From assembly GCA_038206135.1 (NCBI GenBank), contig JBBRBD010000004.1, forward strand, positions 13,268 to 77,267: a DNA stretch of 64,000 bases, written 5' to 3'. Below are positions 58,231 to 64,000 of this stretch, piece after piece. The stretch comes from Patescibacteria group bacterium (lineage in GTDB: Bacteria; Patescibacteriota; Microgenomatia; UBA8517). The notes beneath the pieces are model-generated. The model was not told where the DNA came from. It searched no databases and was given only the letters and a program-made list of their open reading frames with translations. The translations under genes and the position numbers were made by a program. Numbering within the stretch: position 1 is the stretch's first letter; every line of letters begins with the position of its first letter.

Positions 58231-58860
58231 ATGTCTGTTAGAGAACGAATTAGAACTATAAAACATCTGCAAAACAAATATTTTGTTTGTGTTTTGGAAA
58301 ACCCAGATGACATTGTGAATATTGCAGCAACACTCAGAAATGTATCCGCATTTGGTGTTGAGAAATTGTATGTAATTGGAGGAACTAAAATTCTTAATGA
58401 CTTTGAGTCATCTCGGAAAAACAAACACCTCACTAAATTAAGTGTTGGCGCGAACAAATGGGTTTTTGTTAAACAATTTGATACAACTCGCGAATGCATC
58501 GCTCACCTTAAAAAGAATCTGTATACAATTGCTGTAACTTCGTCTCACAAAAAGGACATTAAAAACACTGATATATATGAGGGTACATTTACTCAAAAGC
58601 GCTTAGCTGTGTGGTTTGGAAATGAAACAAAGGGTGTAACTGACGAAGCTATAGAAAGTGCCGATCTGTGTATCCAAATTCCAATGGGAGGAATAGTCGA
58701 AAGTTTAAATCTTGGGACAAGTACTGGAATTGTCTTAAGCTATATCGGATATCAGAGACTTAAATTTATATATGATCACGGAAAAGCTAAATTTAAACCC
58801 AAAGGCTTCGGGAAACTCAGAATGCGCTCATGGCGTGACTTCTTCGAGCTACGTCACTGA
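58231..58860 (+). CDS. SpoU/TrmH-family RNA 2'-O-methyltransferase
   Basis: SPOUT motifs LAVWFGNETKGV and IPMGGIVESLNLGTSTGIVL. Confidence 0.75.
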   Translation: MSVRERIRTIKHLQNKYFVCVLENPDDIVNIAATLRNVSAFGVEKLYVIGGTKILNDFESSRKNKHLTKLSVGANKWVFVKQFDTTRECIAHLKKNLYTIAVTSSHKKDIKNTDIYEGTFTQKRLAVWFGNETKGVTDEAIESADLCIQIPMGGIVESLNLGTSTGIVLSYIGYQRLKFIYDHGKAKFKPKGFGKLRMRSWRDFFELRH

Positions 58861-58902
58861 TATCTCTATAAATTGTTCATCATAAAAAAACCTTTTTTAT
58901 AT

Positions 58903-61170
58903 TTAAATTTGAACTCGTTTTAAACGAAGAGAATTTGTGACAACGGTGAGAGAGCTTGCAGCCATGGCAAACGCTGCCAATGCAGGATTTAGATTTATTC
59001 CAATTGGAGAAAGTACCCCCATGGCAACCGGAATCAAAATGACGTTATATCCAAATGCCCAAAAAAGATTTTCTTTAATAATCCGCATCGACTTGCGAGA
59101 CAAAGTCAGCGTTGACACAACTGTTCGTAAGTCCTTGTTGAGGAGCGTTATCCCAGCAGATTCAATTGCAACGTCCGTTCCTGTTCCCATTGCAATGCCT
59201 ACATCCGCTGATGCGAGTGCTGGCGCATCGTTTACCCCATCTCCTACAAATGCCACCGCATTATTCTTTTGTGAATTTTGCATTTGCAACTTTAATTCAT
59301 TAATCTTTACTGCTTTTTGATCAGGGAGAACTCCTGCTAATACGTGTTCAATTCCTACAACACGCGCAATAGCTTGTGCTGTTCGGTCATTGTCTCCTGT
59401 TACCATCCACACGGCGAGTCCTCGTTTTTTTAACGCAGCTACGGCTTCTCTACTTCCCACTTTCAGAGTGTCAGAAACGGCAACAATACCAACTGTTTTT
59501 TTAAGTCTTCCAAGAAACATAACTGTTTTCCCCTCTGACTCAAGTTTCTTTGAAATTTCGTCGAATGAAGTGATAGGAATATGCTTCATTTCCATGAGAG
59601 CTCTATTTCCAAAATAAAACATTTTGTGAGAAACGGTTCCTGAAATTCCTTTGCCAGTTATGCTTTTAAAATTTGATGTCTTTTGAATTTCAATGTGTTC
59701 ACTCTTTGCTTTTTCAAGGATTGCTTCTCCGAGTGGATGTTCTGAACCAACTTCCAAGCTTGCAGCTATCCCCAAGACCCCCTGTTCGCTGTATATGGTG
59801 TCAGATCGCTTAATAACATCTGTAACAGCAGGTTTTCCAATTGTTAATGTTCCGGTCTTATCAAACACAATTGCTGAAAGTTTTTCTGCCCTCTCCAAAC
59901 TTTCTGCATTTTTAATCAAAATCCCCTTCGCTGCACCACGACCTGTTGCCACCATAATGGCCGTAGGAGTTGCAAGACCGAGTGCACACGGACACGCAAT
60001 CACCAGAACTGCAATCATATTTGTCAGGGCTTGTGCGGGGTTTCCCATATCAAACCAAAAAATGAATGTTGCAACTGATAGGATAAGAACTGTTGGAACA
60101 AAATATCCAGATACTAAATCTGCAAGTCTTTGAATTGGAGCACGGGATGCTTGTGCTTCAGACACCATTTTTACAATCTGCGAAAGCATAGTTTCTCGTC
60201 CAACTTTGGTGGCTTTCATCAAAAAACTGCCATTTTTATTTATAGTTGACCCAACAACTGGGCTTCCTTTTATTTTACTAACCGGCATTGATTCTCCGGT
60301 TATCATGCTTTCATCTACAAAACTTTCACCTTCAATTATTTCACCATCAACAGGAATTTTTTCTCCCGGACGTACCCGAATAATGTCACCTTCTTTAACT
60401 GCATCTATTGATATATCTATTTCTTCATTGTTTCTTACTACACGTGCAGTTTTTGCCTGCATGCCAAGAAGTTTTTTAATAGCACCACCTGTTTGTTCTT
60501 TAGCATTTGATTCAAAATATCTCCCCAGAAGTATAAGGGCAATTACGATAGAAGCTGTATCAAAATACATTGCTTCTGGAAGTCCTATCATCATCATAAA
60601 CTTTGGGGAAAGTACAAACGGAACTGAATAGAAAAATGCCGCTGAAGTACCCATCACAATAAGGGTGTCCATACTTGCAGTCCTATTTTTGAGACCAGAC
60701 CACGTTGCCCGGTATAGATCCTGTGCGGCCCAAAATTGTACAATTGCCGCCAATATCATCACATGAAGTGGATCTGATAATACTGAAGGAACAAAGTGAA
60801 ACCAATTGGGAAAACTACCTAAAAAAACTAATATTCCCAGAAATAATGAGATTGTTACTTTTTTCTTAAGCAATTGTAATTCCTTCTTTTTGGTCACTTC
60901 TTTCCTGTGATTCATCGATTCAATCGATTGAATTGCAGATGTATCTTTTTCAGAATTCTCTTCCACAATTGCTTTGTATCCTGCCTCCTCGACAGCATGT
61001 TTTAAATTCTCATTTGTACAAAGATTACTGTCAAACGTAACTGTTGCAAGTTCGCTTGCATAATTGACTGATGCAGACTCAACCCCTGAAGTTTTATTCA
61101 ATTTTTTTTCAATGAGCTTTGCACAACTTGCGCAGTGCATTCCAATGATTGGGAAAGATTGATTTTTCAT
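58903..61170 (-). CDS. copA: copper-translocating P1B-type ATPase
   Basis: N-terminal [23 protein letters not shown] motif [11 protein letters not shown], phosphorylation site [17 protein letters not shown]. Confidence 0.95.
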   Translation of the reverse strand: MKNQSFPIIGMHCASCAKLIEKKLNKTSGVESASVNYASELATVTFDSNLCTNENLKHAVEEAGYKAIVEENSEKDTSAIQSIESMNHRKEVTKKKELQLLKKKVTISLFLGILVFLGSFPNWFHFVPSVLSDPLHVMILAAIVQFWAAQDLYRATWSGLKNRTASMDTLIVMGTSAAFFYSVPFVLSPKFMMMIGLPEAMYFDTASIVIALILLGRYFESNAKEQTGGAIKKLLGMQAKTARVVRNNEEIDISIDAVKEGDIIRVRPGEKIPVDGEIIEGESFVDESMITGESMPVSKIKGSPVVGSTINKNGSFLMKATKVGRETMLSQIVKMVSEAQASRAPIQRLADLVSGYFVPTVLILSVATFIFWFDMGNPAQALTNMIAVLVIACPCALGLATPTAIMVATGRGAAKGILIKNAESLERAEKLSAIVFDKTGTLTIGKPAVTDVIKRSDTIYSEQGVLGIAASLEVGSEHPLGEAILEKAKSEHIEIQKTSNFKSITGKGISGTVSHKMFYFGNRALMEMKHIPITSFDEISKKLESEGKTVMFLGRLKKTVGIVAVSDTLKVGSREAVAALKKRGLAVWMVTGDNDRTAQAIARVVGIEHVLAGVLPDQKAVKINELKLQMQNSQKNNAVAFVGDGVNDAPALASADVGIAMGTGTDVAIESAGITLLNKDLRTVVSTLTLSRKSMRIIKENLFWAFGYNVILIPVAMGVLSPIGINLNPALAAFAMAASSLTVVTNSLRLKRVQI

Positions 61171-61514
61171 ATTGCTTGAATCGTCCCATGAAACATGTTC
61201 ATACCACAGTGAATGTCATATATACCTTTTTTCTGAGGTTTAATTTTTATAAGAACCACCTCGTTTAGCGGTAAAAATTCTTTAATACCAAAATCTGGAA
61301 TTACAATTTCTTCTAAACAAGTATTTTTATCAGTTCTTAAAAATGTAAGTGTCGTTTCAATACCAGATTTTAAAAATAAAGTTTTAGGCTTGTAACCACC
61401 AGAAACAACAATTTTTGTTACGTATTGTCGAGAGTCAGAAGGAGCCATGAAGAAAAACCAGATGATACCAATAATAAGTATGATTCCAAGTATTGTTACA
61501 ATTAGTGCTCCCAT
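61167..61514 (-). CDS. membrane-anchored cupredoxin-like small protein
   Basis: TM anchor, then a β-sandwich with C-terminal [14 protein letters not shown] (Cys/His/Met ligand set). Stop overlaps the copA start (ATGA). Confidence 0.5.
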   Translation of the reverse strand: MGALIVTILGIILIIGIIWFFFMAPSDSRQYVTKIVVSGGYKPKTLFLKSGIETTLTFLRTDKNTCLEEIVIPDFGIKEFLPLNEVVLIKIKPQKKGIYDIHCGMNMFHGTIQAI

Positions 61515-61515
61515 A

Positions 61516-61794
61516 TTAACTTTTCTTTAAAACTGCCATAACTTCACTTATTACCATTTGTTCATCGCCGGTTCTTATCGAATCAGCAACACATGTTTTC
61601 AAGTGATTCTCAAGAATCAGTTCATTTGTTTTTTTTAGTGCTGCAAAAACTGCCAATGACTGGTGAACGACATCAATACAGTACTCATCGTCCTCCACCA
61701 TATTAATAACTTTATTTAAGTGTCCACGCGCCACCTTCAAGCGTTTCAACGCTTGTGCTTTTGTTGTACTGTTTCGAGGTATCCCTTTTGGCAT
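61516..61794 (-). CDS. csoR: copper-sensing transcriptional repressor CsoR (CsoR/RcnR family)
   Basis: 92 aa. RLKVARGHLNKVINMVEDDEYCIDVVHQSLAVFAAL...HLKTCV carries the Cys-His-Cys (x-y-z) metal ligands of CsoR. Confidence 0.8.
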   Translation of the reverse strand: MPKGIPRNSTTKAQALKRLKVARGHLNKVINMVEDDEYCIDVVHQSLAVFAALKKTNELILENHLKTCVADSIRTGDEQMVISEVMAVLKKS

Positions 61795-61802
61795 ATTTTT
61801 TA

Positions 61803-61817
61803 CCCCCCCATATGGGG
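61803..61817. promoter_or_regulatory. CsoR-operator-like palindrome C7-ATAT-G4 in the csoR / permease divergent promoter region
   Basis: TACCCCCCCATATGGGGATT. CCCCATATGGGG is a perfect 12-bp palindrome resembling GC-tract CsoR operators (TACCC...GGGTA type). Confidence 0.45.
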
Positions 61818-61856
61818 ATTGACAAAGCTTAGACCTGTGGAATACTCTTTGTCAAG

Positions 61857-62852
61857 ATGAACACTATTTGGATTGCTTTTATAACAGGGCTTACCGCGGG
61901 TGGAGTCTCTTGTCTTGCAGTCCAAGGAGGACTTCTCACTTCAAGTCTTTCTTCAATTCCGAACGACAGTAAACGCGCAGGTACCGCAATATTTATTGTT
62001 AGTAAAGTGTTGGCTTACACAACTCTCGGCGCACTACTTGGCTTTTTTGGGAGTAGCCTTTCTATTACTTCAAATGTACAAGGATGGTTACAAATTGTTG
62101 CAGGCATCTATATGCTCGCAACTGCCGCAAATTTACTAGAACTTCATCCAATATTTCGATATGTAGTAATACAACCTCCCAAGTGGGCGTACAAACTTAT
62201 TAAAAAGGAGTCTCATCAGGCTGCATTTGGTACTGCTGTGTTAGGTGCTCTCACTGTTCTTGTTCCTTGTGGAATTACACAGGGTATGATGATTCTTGCT
62301 ATTAGTAGTGGAAATGCATTGACGGGAGCATTAATCCTTGCAGCGTTCACCATTGGCGCAAGTCCGTTGTTTTTTGCTCTCGGACTGGCAGCCGAAACAA
62401 TTATGAAAAGGAAAACATTTGTATATATTGCAAGTGCATTAGTTGTAATTCTTGGAATAAGCTCCATAAATGCAGGGAACGTACTACGTGGTTCAAACCA
62501 AACTATTCAAAATTATTGGAAGGCAATCACAAACACAAATACGAACAACTCAGTCCCACAAACACTTGCAGCCACTACCATATCAGGCATTCAAGATGTA
62601 ACTATCAATGTAACTTCAAGCGGATACACAACAAAAGAAAACACATTAAAAGTAGGTGTCCCAGTGAAACTTACATTTAAATCAACTAATGTTGCAGGAT
62701 GTGTCCAAGTATTTACGATACCCACCTATAATATCAAAAAGTTACTTCCAGAGAATGGAACTGATGAAATTACTTTTACCCCCACCAAAAAAGGTAGACT
62801 GCCATTTAGTTGCGCAATGGGAATGTACACAGGAGAATTTCAAGTTATTTAA
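61857..62852 (+). CDS. DsbD_2/TauE-SafE-like permease with paired TM cysteines fused to a cupredoxin-like domain (paralog 2, copper cluster)
   Basis: TM1 GGVSCLAVQGG, TM4 LVPCGITQGMM. C-terminal β-domain ends SCAMGMYTGEFQVI, similar to the small cupredoxin's [14 protein letters not shown]. Confidence 0.6.
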   Translation: MNTIWIAFITGLTAGGVSCLAVQGGLLTSSLSSIPNDSKRAGTAIFIVSKVLAYTTLGALLGFFGSSLSITSNVQGWLQIVAGIYMLATAANLLELHPIFRYVVIQPPKWAYKLIKKESHQAAFGTAVLGALTVLVPCGITQGMMILAISSGNALTGALILAAFTIGASPLFFALGLAAETIMKRKTFVYIASALVVILGISSINAGNVLRGSNQTIQNYWKAITNTNTNNSVPQTLAATTISGIQDVTINVTSSGYTTKENTLKVGVPVKLTFKSTNVAGCVQVFTIPTYNIKKLLPENGTDEITFTPTKKGRLPFSCAMGMYTGEFQVI

Positions 62853-62853
62853 T

Positions 62854-63096
62854 ATGTTTAATTTATTCAAAAAAAGCAAAGCAAAAAAATCTTTTCAAAT
62901 AGCAGGTATGCACTGTGCAAGCTGTGCAATGGTAATTGAAAGTGAAATGGAAGACGCTGGCATAAATGCAAAATGTAGTTACGCAAAGCAAACGTTAGAA
63001 GTATTTAGCGATACAGAAGTTGATGAAAAGCAAGTTAAAGCGGTTTTAGGTAATGCCGGGTACAAAATAGTCTATACTACAGAGAAGACACAATAA
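62854..63096 (+). CDS. copZ: copper chaperone CopZ (HMA domain)
   Basis: [29 protein letters not shown]... has the M.C..C motif. 80 aa from ATG at 62854, one nt after the permease stop. Confidence 0.75.
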   Translation: MFNLFKKSKAKKSFQIAGMHCASCAMVIESEMEDAGINAKCSYAKQTLEVFSDTEVDEKQVKAVLGNAGYKIVYTTEKTQ

Positions 63097-63098
63097 TA

Positions 63099-63443
63099 AT
63101 GTTCACTACAATCGTATTTCTCATTCTCGCCATCGTATTCGGTTACTTTGCCACACAAAACACAGAACTGATCTCGATAACCCTTGCAAACTACACTTTG
63201 CAGCAAATCCCCATGTATATTGTGCTCGGTGTTACATTTCTCTTAGGTCTTGCAATTTCTTGGATATTAAGCCTTATCGATAACGTTTTCGTTGCGTTTC
63301 AACTTAAAGGAAAAGACAGCACGATTAATGAAGCTCGTAAAACAATTTTGGATCTTACTAAAAAAGTGAATCAGCTTGAACTTGAAAATGCAAAGCTCGA
63401 GGGAAAGCTTGAAAACGATGTACTTCAGGAAGATTCTTTATGA
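63099..63443 (+). CDS. LapA/DUF1049-like membrane protein with C-terminal coiled coil
   Basis: Two TM helices, then KKVNQLELENAKLEGKLEN coiled coil. Confidence 0.4.
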   Translation: MFTTIVFLILAIVFGYFATQNTELISITLANYTLQQIPMYIVLGVTFLLGLAISWILSLIDNVFVAFQLKGKDSTINEARKTILDLTKKVNQLELENAKLEGKLENDVLQEDSL

Positions 63444-63919
63444 AGAGTGTACTTTTGTTCGTATGGAAACATCTGCCATTTTCCAAAACAGTAAAGCTTT
63501 TTATTGTGAGATTTACTCAAGATGAATTTTTAATTGGAGTAACTGGGGTTATTTTTAATGACAAAAATGAAGTACTTCTGGTAAACCATAGTTATCGTGA
63601 TGGTGAATATTGGAGTCTGCCTGGCGGATATATAAAACAAAAAGAACACCCCAGTGAAGGACTTGTTCGAGAGATAGAAGAAGAAACTGGATACATCGTG
63701 AGAATTACAGACAACGTGAGAGTCAGAACAGATCGTGACACTGCACGTCTTGACTTCTCTCTTGTAGGTACCTTCGTAGGCGGAGAATTTAAAGCAAGTG
63801 AAGAGATTACAGATGGTGGATTTTTCCCATTAAACGCTTTACCCTTGCTTGGACAGAAACAGTTGCTTCTTATTAATGCTGTTCTGAAGAAGCAAAAAAA
63901 AGGTGAACTATCGAATTAG
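63440..63919 (+). CDS. NUDIX hydrolase
   Basis: Nudix box GGYIKQKEHPSEGLVREIEEETGY (G.5E.7REU.EE.GU). Confidence 0.8.
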   Translation: MKSVLLFVWKHLPFSKTVKLFIVRFTQDEFLIGVTGVIFNDKNEVLLVNHSYRDGEYWSLPGGYIKQKEHPSEGLVREIEEETGYIVRITDNVRVRTDRDTARLDFSLVGTFVGGEFKASEEITDGGFFPLNALPLLGQKQLLLINAVLKKQKKGELSN

Positions 63920-64000
63920 TAATAATCCGACAACAACCGCAATGTTCAGAAGGAGGCCTACTATGTTTCCAAAGATTATTGGTTTTGCTTTGTGAACAAT
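63908..64000 (-). CDS. partial ORF, hydrophobic C-terminus of a gene starting beyond the window
   Basis: Minus-strand frame open from the window edge to TAG at 63908-63910 (...IVHKAKPIIFGNIVGLLLNIAVVVGLLLIR*). Only 30 aa visible. Confidence 0.2.
   Translation of the reverse strand: MVHKAKPIIFGNIVGLLLNIAVVVGLLLIR

Overview
This is an AT-rich, gene-dense bacterial chromosomal segment; GC looks to be in the mid-30s % by eye and was not computed. The standard genetic code applies: large housekeeping ORFs such as SecA (901 aa), Lon (806 aa) and MutS are intact under code 11, so there is no sign of UGA recoding. The gene content is a typical small-genome (CPR/Patescibacteria-like) repertoire, with many secreted or membrane-anchored proteins: tgt, MFS transporter, membrane-anchored Clp-type AAA+ ATPase, tatA/tatC, rsmB-like, alkA-like, secA, two ABC systems, rarA, SPFH, trhO, serS, greA, DipZ-like CcdA-thioredoxin fusion, lon, PAP2, L,D-transpeptidase, dgkA, truB, Fe/Mn SOD, hpf, typA, mutS-mutL, RRM protein, HIT, SpoU, NUDIX. 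Two tRNA genes are present: tRNA-Glu(CUC) on the minus strand at about 34.1 kb and tRNA-Gln(CUG) on the plus strand at about 54.8 kb. Both are flanked by mobile-element-like genes: an IS630-like transposase fragment carrying only the HTH domains, and an HNH endonuclease followed by a replication-relaxation-family protein and unknowns. The most system-like locus is a copper-homeostasis cluster at 58.9-63.1 kb: csoR-cupredoxin-copA transcribed divergently from a DsbD_2/TauE-like permease::cupredoxin fusion plus copZ, with a C7-ATAT-G4 palindrome and symmetric TTGACA boxes between them. A solo paralog of the permease::cupredoxin fusion sits at 24.1 kb behind a different perfect palindrome. Other notable items: a β-helix (pectate-lyase-fold) protein separated from an upstream Tat-like signal-peptide ORF by a single in-frame TAA, next to tatAC; a frameshifted HD hydrolase; a 37-aa KKA-repeat histone-H1-like microprotein with textbook promoter, SD and terminator; a GC-rich ~230-bp island downstream of secA; and a Met/Pro/Thr-rich low-complexity 98-aa protein. 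No CRISPR array, rRNA or recognisable cas genes were seen.
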